Shown piece by piece: positions 37,108 through 48,141 of a stretch of 64,000 bases of DNA. Source of the DNA: Lepidodermella squamata (lineage: Eukaryota > Animalia > Gastrotricha). Each line of letters opens with the position of its first letter. Within the stretch, counting starts at the first letter, position 1. The translations under genes and the position numbers were made by a program. The notes beneath the pieces are model-generated. The model saw only the letters and a program-made list of their open reading frames with translations. It was not told the DNA's origin and did not search any database. Location of the stretch: contig JBLDXI010000013.1 in the NCBI GenBank assembly GCA_047495785.1, positions 682,001 through 746,000 on the forward strand, in the 5' to 3' direction.

Positions 37108-38118
37108 TATCGCTATGGTAATTCCGCAACAATTAATAGGACGGTTGATTAATCCGCGGAATCGTCTTACCGATTCAGTACCTACTGTTTCATAATATAT
37201 CAGGTGTAAAGAAATCGTAGCAACTGCGTCGGACTAATAACAGCTCGAGAACGCCAATATTATTATTATCCTGAAGAATAAAAACAATTTACGGCTGTAG
37301 CACTTCTATAGGCGCGCAATGCCTTTTGATGTGTGATGAAACTATCCGCAAGTATATTACAGCGTTTGCCAAATCAAAAACTGAGAGGCGGCACACCATG
37401 CCGGCAGCGTTACCTATAGTACCTCGTTGGTGTACTTAGCGCTCTAATGATCTCGACGTGCTGAAGCTAGAAAAAACCCGTGTGAGCAGCGATCAAAATC
37501 AAATAAATAAACAAGAGATCAAAACGCTAATCTGCAGAAAAACACATCGCGTTGAACCCATTCAAGTTACCGATAAAACGCGCATTTAAGATACAAAAAC
37601 GTTATTTTATTATCTCCAGGTCGTCTAAACTCGTTATCATGTGTTCACAAATCACTTTATGATTGATTTAAAAATCAAGAATAAATCATTTGGATATAAG
37701 TTATACATATAAAATTTGACAAATCGCGAGAAAACCAGCAGATTTTAGCATTGTTGATAAGAATAGAAGAGAAACGTTCACATTTGACAGGAAGCTTTCT
37801 GTTAAATTTCATGATTAAAACACACATTCAGATTTGTAAGGGTTTCGCATGACTTGATTCGTTTTGAGTGTCCAACAATATATTATACGAGGAGTTGAAA
37901 AAATGACTAAAAGAGTAGACATACGCTCAGTTTCAGCCCTCCGCAGTGGAAGCATGCTACAAAAAGAAGAGAAGAATGCGCATAGCAAGGCAAGTTTTAC
38001 ACCTTTCAGAGGGTCAGCTATAAAACAATATAAAATTTTCAGATAAAACGCAAGATTACTCTGTGTAAAGTTTTTTCGTCGTTATGAATTTCGATCACCG
38101 GATAATTCAAGTCTTGGC

Positions 38119-41100
38119 CTAGAAGACAACCAAAACGGCTGCCAGTGAAATCAAACCAGCTACCGTGGCCGCCAGATTGCTGAAAATGCTGTTCAAATTA
38201 AAGCCTGATGATTCTTGGCAGTTGGTGCCAGGGGCGCAACCGATGGCGTCCGAAACAGCTCGTTCATCGTCAACAGACATGCCTTCAAACGAGTAGAGCG
38301 TCGAGTTCACGCGAACAGTTTGGTAATAGTTGAAGACTTTGGCAACGGGAGGCTGAACATTCTTGGCCGCCGAGGTTCGCGTCATTTTAGCGACAACGCA
38401 GTTCGGCTGATCGAGCGCGTCGAAGTAGTACACAAGCTTACGATCGCCGAGTTCGATGCGTTTCAACGGCACAGCAGTGGCTGGGTTGACGAGGGGTCGC
38501 GGGCCAAAAGCCGGGTTTGCCAAATTTACGACTCGGTTATTCGGCGGGGCAATGGGCGATGCGCCATCACTGGGCTGGGCGAGCCGGTTGGACGACTTGG
38601 TATCCTCCAAATCCGCAGTAAAACCAGTCGGTACACCCAGTTCCAAAACGACCATGCCGACTGTAGCTTGGCGGGTAACAGGCCTAGAAATAAAAATTAG
38701 CTTATTTTCAGCAATTTAACAAGTTACTAACTTGACACAGCTTTTGATTGTGAAATCGCTCGACGGCGCATTTTGGTCAGCAGATCGCTTACGACGTGCC
38801 GGCATTTCTTCGACAACTATAATAGCGTAATCGCCAGAATCCATAACTTTCGGCGACTGAACGTTGTATTTCGCCGCAAGCTGAACCAAGCCGACGCCAG
38901 TGCCAGAAACAGTTATATCAACAGTTCGCAAGTCCTGGCGATCACGAGGTAAATCAAAGGTCGATAGCAGCTTAGCATTATTTGCGTCGATCGTAAATTT
39001 GTTGGTCAGGGGTGAATTCGCAAAGTTGAACTTGGCTGAAATTTCGAGTTTAACTGGGGTGTTCGACAGTCTACTGGCGAATTCAGCCAGAGCCTGGAGA
39101 CCCACAACGGTGTCCTGAGTTGACGAGAAGCCGCCGAGCGAATTGCGTTGAGACATCAGCCAACGAGCGACTTGGGTGGCATCCTCAATTTTGCCGTGAT
39201 TGCATAGGGTCAGCAGAACGTAGGCTGAAGTTTCGATCTGACTCGGTCCACTTCGAGAATATTCGTTAACCTCTGACTGATCATTTGCTGGCTTCCAATA
39301 CAACAGATCGCCATCTTTGGTCGCATTGGCCATAAGGCGATTCAACGCCGTCTGCGAAAAACCTTTATCGCCCGATAAGATGGACAAAGCATACGCGGCC
39401 AACGCAAGTTGGTACGGATCCTTCGTCGAATCGTCAGTCGCGATTTTAACCAACATATTGCGAGTAGCGTCGAATGATGACCATTTGAACGAAGCAGGAC
39501 CGTCAGCCTCGGCATAAGCGATGTAGATGTAAATCGCGAGATTTTCATCACTAGTCGCACCGCCCTTCATCGAGTGATGAAGTACTTTGCCAGGTTCGGT
39601 GAAGGTTCCGTCCGACTTAGCGTTCGATTTCAAGTAACTCCACGATTTCTCGAAGATGCTGTTGTCGATCTGAGTGCCAACATGCACTTTGGCCGCATTG
39701 AAGCAACGCATGACAAAAGCGGTCAACCAGGTTGAGGAATCAGTATCGCTAGCTCCGAAGGCGCTGTAGCCGCCGTCGCTCCTCTGGTACGTGAGTTCGC
39801 GCTGGTAACCCTGCTCGACGAAGCGAGTCGTCTTCAATTCCAGGTCGGATGTCAGTGAGTTGACCGACTTCAGGTACTTGTAGATGTACACATTCGGCGC
39901 CAGAATGACCATGGTTTGCTCGCCACACCCAGTCGGCAACCGAATCTGGGCGCCAAGCGATGTCAAAGCTGGGCCCAACAGGTCGCCGATGGCCTGCAGC
40001 TGGAACATTCTCGAGCCCGGGACAATCACCTGTTGCGTCGTAGTTCCCAGCATCTGGTCGACGTTGATCGTGTACGTCTGCGTCGACTGTGAGTCGAAGC
40101 GGATGAAAATCGGCCGATTGGCGTACTTGATCTCACCCTCTGGTTCGACAGTCACTACCTTTTCCATCGCATCCTGATCCGATGCCGAGCTTCCGCTGAG
40201 TCTCATCTTGATGTCACCCAACCGTTTAGGTTTGATCCAAATCGAAACAGACGTGCCGTCATTAGCTGGCACAGTGACTGAACGGGTCAGTTGAGCCGAG
40301 GCGTAGGTGTTACCGCCATCAGTGCTAACATCGAAATCGAGTGATTTATCGAGAACCAGGTTGACAGTTTGCGGGTTGGCCTGGTAGTTGAAAACTACCG
40401 CCTTAATTTCGAACTGCTCGTTGCGAATGACCGTAGCATAAGGCACATCGAGATTGACGAAGAATGGCTGGAAAACTGTCAATTCGGCTGGTGACTCGAG
40501 AGCCCCGAATCCGCTTTGAGTTCCGACGGCAAATGCTGATAGCACCCAAGTCGTGATAGTATCTGGCGCTGTCAACTGTTGTGACAACTGTCCATTGCCA
40601 CTGAAAAACAAATAATGTTATTGATGGCCGTACTAAATAAAGCAAAAATCGGTAAGCAAATGGCCATTTTTCATTATTTTTGGTATTTTTTTGTGAATTG
40701 CACACTGAGACCTATGTGGGGAGCTACAAAGCATAGCGTTTTCATGCAAGGCGGTGAGATATAACATGCAAGAAAACACAACAAAGTGGGGAAAACTAGA
40801 CTAAATGAGGCATCTACACCCACTCATTTTGACCCTCGCGCCATATCCACAGTTCGGGGAATTGTTTCCGAACAGTTGCAGGTTGACCAGATGTGCTCCT
40901 TGAGGGGCTCAAATTAGCCGAAGTCATGGACACCATGCCAGGCGCACCTGCCACTCCCTCTGCACCACCGCGAGCGAAAGCAAAATCCATGGCCATTGGG
41001 TAGATGAGAACGTTCTACAACAGAGGAGAAGGGTGTCATCAACAAGACAACAGTGGGGTTGACGAATCAAGAGTATAAGGTTATTGGATCTTATTAGAAC

Positions 41101-44100
41101 TCGAAAGTGTTAAGAAACCGATTGGGGTAGTGATAATTATGGATAACTTGCTAACACAACACAACGTTGTTAATAAGTGCTGAAACTATGGCCTTACGTT
41201 TGTATTAGGTTTTATAATGTAGATTAATTACTCGGTTAGATCATGTTGGTAAATGAAGGTTTCCGGAAAGGCAGCTCGTGCTTTAATTGGCCTTGGTTCA
41301 TCTGGGTCTGAACCACGTTGATACAAAGCCGCTATCATTATGTTGACGTCATCCTATGAATAGTCGTTACATGCAATAATTACGTAAATATACACGATAA
41401 ACCCAGGATTATGTGTGACATTTGTGTATATTAGTTATCGAGACGAGCAAAGGAGAATCTTTGATGATTGAAACGCCATCCTTAAACCTTAATTGATAGC
41501 GAATTGGAAAAACGAAAAATGTGGATTGGATTTGATTAAAATGAGAATTCTCAATCACAAAGAAGAATTCTTAGGTGCATGCCAGGAACAATATTTCTCA
41601 GGGTTATATTGTAGCCTGGGGTGGAGAAATGGGCCAATGGTTTAGTCTCATGCGTCAGATTCGAAATGTGATGCTCGAGTTGAAGAAGCATTCCGTCGGA
41701 AACACATTTATAGCCCGAACCAGAACGATAATAATTTAATGGCAATGATTCATATTACTTGGTGCTTAATAGCTGGTGCAGATAGACTTGCGGGAACAGT
41801 GAGCGAGATCTAGGTGAGACCTTGCACTCAGCTCTTGTTTCTGTTCCGTTTTTGTGCTGCAAATTCATACGACCCACAGATTCCGAAGCCACCTCAGAAT
41901 CGTCCTCCGACAAAAAACGTCCAACAGTGTCTCCACTTTCACTTTTTGAACTGTCAGGCGCAACACTGGGCGAATCATTCACCCAAACGGCGTCATATGC
42001 CACCCAATCACCATCATCCATAATTGCCTGAATTCGAAGTGGTTCATGCGCAATCGATTTGTAATATTCAAACTGAAAGCGCCAGAAAAATGAGTCGCCA
42101 ATCGGAATTTTAAAATCAATGAGAGGAATTCAAAACATGCTACATGCCGCATTAGTCCGACTTGCCATGGGAAAACTGGGGGCTATAATTATGATACATT
42201 AGAACGGCATAGCCAACCTCAACGACAAGAGCGCATGCGATGAAGCAAGATTGATACGTAATAATTAAGGGATAGGGAAGACACAATTTAGGTTGAACAA
42301 GACCTAGTCGAGCTAATCAAACAATTGCAGAAAAAATATATAATTTCCTAAGAGCTATGAGGGATGGATGCAACTGAAATCTGGTCTGTTTGAGCTCAGA
42401 CGTATTGCGGTGCTTAACGTTTAACCCCTTAGCAACGGCTAACCCACTACTAACCCTCTAGATTGCCACAAATTTGGAAAATTATAAAAGCGAATTCAAA
42501 AAGCGCTGCGAATCTCCGATATAATTATTCTGTTGAAATTAGCAATGCCAGTGGAAACGAACTTGATGTTATCAACAGACCACTTCCAGGTCTCTGGGAA
42601 ATGTAAACGAACGCGCAGCTTTTCAGCAGCAGCAGGAGGGGCAGCGCCAACGCCCACCCCCATCGGTGGTAGAAATCTCGCAGCATCGAAGTCCAAAGCT
42701 GATTCAGAGTTACTCCGAGCGACGCCATACAAAGCATCCTTACAATAGGAATAATGATTGGTAATACTTAGTTGCTCGGCAGATGCGAAAATGCGCGAAA
42801 GAAGAAAGGAAACGTGCAATGTTTAGTTATTTTGAAAACAGATGAAAAGTGTTGTATGAAAATGGCGATTTGCTCCCGCTTAAATAAACTTTTACGAACT
42901 TATTATCATGTTGTAACCACAGCAATGTCTCCGGGAAGAGCTTCCGAACGGTAGGTTTCAAGTCACCTGAACCTGACGATTTCGCAAGAGCCACATCGGC
43001 CGACATCATGTCAACCGACATCTCAAAAACGGGCCCCTGGCCACGATGATTAGCCGCGGAAAGCATCATGCGACGTCTCTAGAATTGATCGAAAATTTAA
43101 TTCGGTTGATCGGTTACATTCATGCACTACTTCAAAGCTAAAGTTAAACCGGTTATTAATAATTTGAGGCGTTAAAATGAATGCAAACAGTCAGATAGAG
43201 TGTGTTGTTAGACGAGAAAAGAGAGTTTCCATAGAGATAAGTATGAAAATGAGGACATACCGATCGAGTGCGAGCATTACTCTTGATAGCCATGCTAATG
43301 CCCTGTGGACAATTTTAGTAAAACATGATAAAATTACCAGCAAAAGTCAACTTACGCTGAAAACACTCTCAGCATTAGAGCTATCGACCCACCACGGGTA
43401 CCAGCCACAGCGGAAGCAACGGAACAACACAGGAGAAACGGGGCCAGATGAGCCACCTCCACCGATAGTTCCGACAACGTCATCCAAAGTTATATCGTTG
43501 CCTGATTTCAGCAGCTTAACACTCTTGTCGACTGCCAGGAGGGCAACCAAGGAGTTCGGATCCGAAGTTTTGACCTTCAACGAAGTTTGACCGCCGGGGC
43601 GAACAGTCGCCGGGCTGAACTCGGCAGAAACGTTCTGCCTGACAAATCCGTCAACCTTGAATTCGATAGCATCCGCCAGCACTTCGTTAGCGGTGTTTTC
43701 AACAGTCCAAACAGCGGCAGCACAACGCGGAGTCGCTGCTTGAGGCAGAATTACTTCAACGGTATATGTGACAGTCTCGCCTGATTTCGATGAAGGGCTG
43801 TCTAGTTTTCGATATTCGAAAGTCTCGCCGTTTTGTGACATCAGGAAATACACGTATGAAGTCGCAAAGCTCGACTGAATTCTGAAAGTTAGCCGTTCCC
43901 CGACCTTCGGGATGGTGGCTGTAGCTGAAATCGGACGATCGATTGAAATACTCAGCGACTGTTTGCTTAGGCTTTGCGGCGGACTGCGAGTGTCGCAGTT
44001 TTGAATCAGCGGGTACTTTTTCAACACGGCCTTGAATAGAACGGATTCAGTTTCTTTCGGAGGAGTAACATCGAACGAAATTATTCCATTCGAGTCCGTA

Positions 44101-45672
44101 GTCAGGCTTGCTGTAGCATTAGGCTTACGAGTAGGCGCTGGTTGAGAGTTGTAACTGTTATAAGGTGAATAGCAATTGATGGAGTAACGATCTTCATCCT
44201 TGGCAGTCCAGAAGTAGGTCTGCAAATCGACTTCCATGCCAGCCTGAACCGGGGTGTCATCTGGCAATGTGACTTGCATCCTCATCGTGAATGGCAGGCC
44301 GGGTTTCAGCGTTTTCTGCACCGAATCGTGCACTTTGATGTTATACTGGTCCCGGTACAAGACAACCGAACCCTCCGCCTTAATCACCTCACCCGTCAAT
44401 TCTTCGGTGACGTTTGCCTGCAGCGTTATCGTGCACATGCTTGAAGTCATGGTCGGGGGCGTGTTGTCACCAGCGACTCGCGAATCCTGGGAATGGATGA
44501 TGTTAGTCAAACCACTCAGCACGAATTGGCCGTCGGTGGACGACCCGTCGCCGGTCAAAACAACGTTGTATTCCAGCTGTTGGTACTTGGGCCTAGGAGG
44601 GGTTTCGTAATCATAACCGCCAGGGTAATCATAACGGTAGTTGCAACCGCCGGTTGAGGTAAGGCGCATCCTAGCCTTGCCTCGAACAGACTTCCCAAAG
44701 GTGTACTTGGCCTTCAGAAATCCTCGATAGCTCGAATCGTCTTTGCCGTACAGCCAGTAAGAATACGGGTTGAAATCAAACTTGACCTCATATTTCGGCA
44801 GAACATATTGTTGGACGGTGAAAGTTTTCTCAGTCGTGGGAATCCCGTCGCCGGAATAGGTAATTTTCCAGTCTCCGAAATTCACGTAGTCAGACAGCGT
44901 CAGCGACGCTCCGAAAACACCGCGATCCAACGTTTGTTTTGTCCACTGTTTGATCTGATTACCTTTTGGGTCTTCAACCACAACATTTACGAGACCATCA
45001 AGCGGTTTCAGCTGGCGATTCAAGGCAACGGCTCGGAAATTAACCGTTTGGCTAGGCTTGTACATGGCCTTGTCAGTTTGAACGAACACGAATTTATCCG
45101 TCAGTTGGCCGGCGTAGGAAGACACGTCAGTGTAATTGTTCATTCCAGTTGTCGAAAATTCAACAACTACATTCAAGCCAGAATCTTCTGAAATTGCAGT
45201 AGCCTGCCTGATGTTCTATAAATAAATAAACCTCAAATTCCGCCAAATGGGTCAAACGAAAATATTACCTTAAATACATGCTGCTGTAAACCATCTAATA
45301 CATTTGGTAGATAAATTATCAAAGAAATGATCAAATTTAAAAAACTTACAGGTTGATTGCGTGAATGTTTGCGTAGCCAGAACTTGAGCCTCGCGATCAT
45401 AGCCTGACGTTAGTTTGGCCGTGAAAGTGACTGGTAGTGAGTAGTTGATGTTTTCAAACAAGATCAAATCAAATTTGAAATCTGAAGCCGGCCGGATCAG
45501 GGTCGGAAATGTTATCACGTACCTGAACAATTATTTTAGTTATCATCAGGAAGGATGTAGGATGTAAAACTCACTTGACAGGCTCGCCGGGTTCATTGGA
45601 TGATGGATACCAAGGCATCGAACGCGCCAGGATAGAAACGAGTAAAAAAGGTAATAATATAAAAGGCTTCAT
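38119..45672 (-). CDS. CD109/TEP-like thioester protein, paralog 2 (five alternative bait exons)
   Basis: Signal peptide MKPFILLPFLLVSILARS; same domain order as paralog 1; GCGEQ at 39916-39930; GPI-like tail SSGFNLNSIFSNLAATVAGLISLAAVLVVF. Confidence 0.93.
40824..41014 (-). CDS. TEP paralog 2 alternative bait exon E
   Basis: tag|NVLIYPMAMDFAFARGGAEGVAGAPGMVSMTSANLSPSRSTSGQPATVRKQFPELWIWREGQN|gtgggt; 191 nt (3n+2). Confidence 0.85.
41232..41353 (-). CDS. TEP paralog 2 alternative bait exon D
   Basis: tag|DDVNIMIAALYQRGSDPDEPRPIKARAAFPETFIYQHDLT|gtaatt; 122 nt (3n+2); not in the ORF track. Confidence 0.8.
41759..42027 (-). CDS. TEP paralog 2 alternative bait exon C
   Basis: cag|AIMDDGDWVAYDAVWVNDSPS..CKVSPRSRSLFPQVYLHQLLST|gtaata; 269 nt (3n+2). 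Confidence 0.75.
42563..42738 (-). CDS. TEP paralog 2 alternative bait exon B
   Basis: aag|DALYGVARSNSESALDFDAARFLPPMGVGVGAAPPAAAEKLRVRLHFPETWKWSVDNI|gttcgt; 176 nt (3n+2). AAG acceptors also occur in the TIM23 and SNRK introns. Confidence 0.8.
42900..43078 (-). CDS. TEP paralog 2 alternative bait exon A
   Basis: tag|RRRMMLSAANHRGQGPVFEMSVDMMSADVALAKSSGSGDLKPTVRKLFPETLLWLQHDN|gttcgt; 179 nt (3n+2). Confidence 0.85.
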
Positions 45673-46226
45673 TGTTAAAAATGTCTATAAAGAAGAAGTG
45701 AAAAGTGCCAGTTTTAGTCATGTATTCATGGAATTATTGGAACAGCTATAATTCAGCTTTCATATCAACATTCATCATAATAATACCATCGAAATATAAC
45801 TTGCTCATCACTTTCCAGTCGATTAAATAAAAAGGGATAGTCAGCAAAATCAGTCAACAACATCCCGTCAATTCACAAACTTGTGTACAGTTTTTTGACC
45901 GGCCTAAAACTTCACTCCTCAGATATAGGAAGTGTCGCTGAAAGCATATCGCAGCGAAAGCACATTTTCGCTTTGTCAAAACAAGGCCCTGATATTGCTA
46001 CCAACTCAATGAATGTTTACACAAGAGAAGTATAGTTGCTCATTTTCATTTATATATAAGCGGAAGGTCTAGAATAAATTCATTACCGCAGAAAGGGCGA
46101 CAAACAGTGCGGCAGAAACTTCCAGATAGCACAAAACATATCCAAAGTTTTTGGTTGTTGACGAATTGCTTATTATACACACTCGGCTGCGAACGGAGAG
46201 AAAACGGGATATGGGCGAACGAGCTA

Positions 46227-47735
46227 TTAACTGACTGTCTTCGCACGTTGCGCAGCTCGCTTTCCGACCTGTGAACGGAACATAAAAAAAAGCATTCATG
46301 ACGAAGGAATCAAAGGATAATGAAAAAAGCATAAATAAACACGGAAGTGTGTATGGGCGCGAGCGTGCAGATGTCTACGCCAGATTTAAGTAAATACCAC
46401 CCTTTTTTAGAACAAGAGATGGTTTAAGGCCGCCTACTCGTATAAACGTTACAATTGAGAACTGAAATGGGTAATACGCGTGCTCAACTACGCAATTGCC
46501 TTCTACTAACTTATACGCGACTTAAAAGCAAGTAAATCCTCTATTAATATACTGAATGAAATATCATCATTCAGCCCTGCGCCCTGAAATCATTACCCCG
46601 AAATGCGATTTAGAAATAGCAGAAAACTAACCTGAGCGTGGAAGCCGGTCTTTATACCAGCAACGGAGCAGCGAGATTGACACACTTCACATTGGAGAAA
46701 GTAGAGGCGATCTTCCTTTTGTAAATGAGTTTCTGGGGCTCGACATGTGTGACATGTTACGTATTCCTCTGCGGAGAAAGACCATTATTATCAGAAGTAG
46801 AAATAATGCAGAATAAACAAACTGATGTATTTTCGCAACACTGTTTCGATATGAGCTTGCTGAAACTTTCCCTTAATGATGAGGCACTCGTTACTGTCTA
46901 CCGAACCTCTGCTCAAATAAACATCATTAGCATACCCGACAATGATAAATAGCCAAAAACAAACTCTGTTCCCAATTCAGCGAGAATGAATGCAAGAACG
47001 TGTTTAGGCTGGCGTTTCAATCTGAAAAAAACGTCCATTTCATTAATTTCACCAGCCAAATCATATCAACCATGATGCGTAAATCACGAGGAATTCCTGT
47101 TTCGCATCATATGACGTAAATGGAAAAAAAACTTACAATCGGCAAATTTCAGCAAAGTTTGCGAACGAAGTTTTCTTTGTACCAGCTCGCATGACGCTTG
47201 GGGGCTTCATAATAAACCGCTTCTTTTCGCCCGAAATCATATCAGGATTCTTTTGACGCATGATCTCAAAAGCGCGATTGAGTAACTGCAGTGAGAGATA
47301 AATTGACATACATAGTTGTCGTAAACACGATTCACAAATCCCAAATACCTCTTCGTAAGTGTAGTCACGTTGGCCTTCAGTTGAAATTCCCGGCTGGATA
47401 CGAGTTGAAGCTTGCTCCACCGTCACCACGCCATCAGCGGAAATGATAGCAGTCGGTGGGGCCACAATGCCGACCTTCTTTTTTTTCTTAGTGGGGTCGA
47501 ACTGCGGCTAGTGAGAATATGAAGTTAATATAAGACAATAATGCAGTGGTCGTCGACTTACTGCGGCATCCGCTTCTGGTGCAGCTTCATCCGGACGAAC
47601 TTCAACGGGTGGTGCGGCCACTGGTGCTTGCTCTTCGGGAGCAGAAGATTTAACAACGGCACTGCTCGACTTCTTTTTCTTTTTCAGGCTAGGGTCGAAG
47701 GTCATAGCCTGCAACTCTTCTTCTAAACCAGCCAT
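46227..47735 (-). CDS. EIF2S2: Translation initiation factor eIF2 beta, canonical-like copy (7 exons)
   Basis: K-boxes [10 protein letters not shown] and FDPTKKKKK; RDYTYEELLNRAF; [22 protein letters not shown]; LAELGT; [12 protein letters not shown] Zn ribbon; ends [13 protein letters not shown]. Confidence 0.93.
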
Positions 47736-48141
47736 TCGTTAAAATATGTATATCGAAAAAACTAATTCGAGAGATAAATCGTTACTGACTTCAAAACAAT
47801 CATTGGAAACAATCATGACCATACATAACAGGGACTACATCAATCTTGCGCAGAACAAATAGAAGTATCAATCATTCATTGCATAAAATCGAGAGGAGCA
47901 AACAGCCCTAAAATTCCGTTAAATAGAAACGCAAGCTCTCATCTCTAGTAACCCCGAAGTTGGGGTTACGAGCTAAAAGGGTAGCAACTAACAAAAACTC
48001 AAGCCAGGAAGCTCTGACCTTGCCACCACATCAACTTATTCGCCACGAGAAATGATATGACTATTGCAAGGTCGGGTATCATCCTCAACGCTCAACGCAG
48101 CGATTGAAAGGTTCAAATTTTTCCGCTTTCCACAGCAGCAA

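Noticed and set aside
41551-41745. ORF ending TLRNIVPGMHL within the exon cluster
   Set aside because: The motif is weak, there is no suitable donor, and the best acceptor leads straight to TAA.
42320-42458. Possible sixth bait exon (tag|RVSSGLAVAKG..KQTRFQLHPSLIALRK)
   Set aside because: It has no FP[EQ] motif and no phase-2 GT donor before the stop; at most a decayed exon.
46409-46430. AAACCAU resembling the U17/snR30 m2 motif
   Set aside because: No AUAUUCCUA partner and no ACA box at the expected distance.
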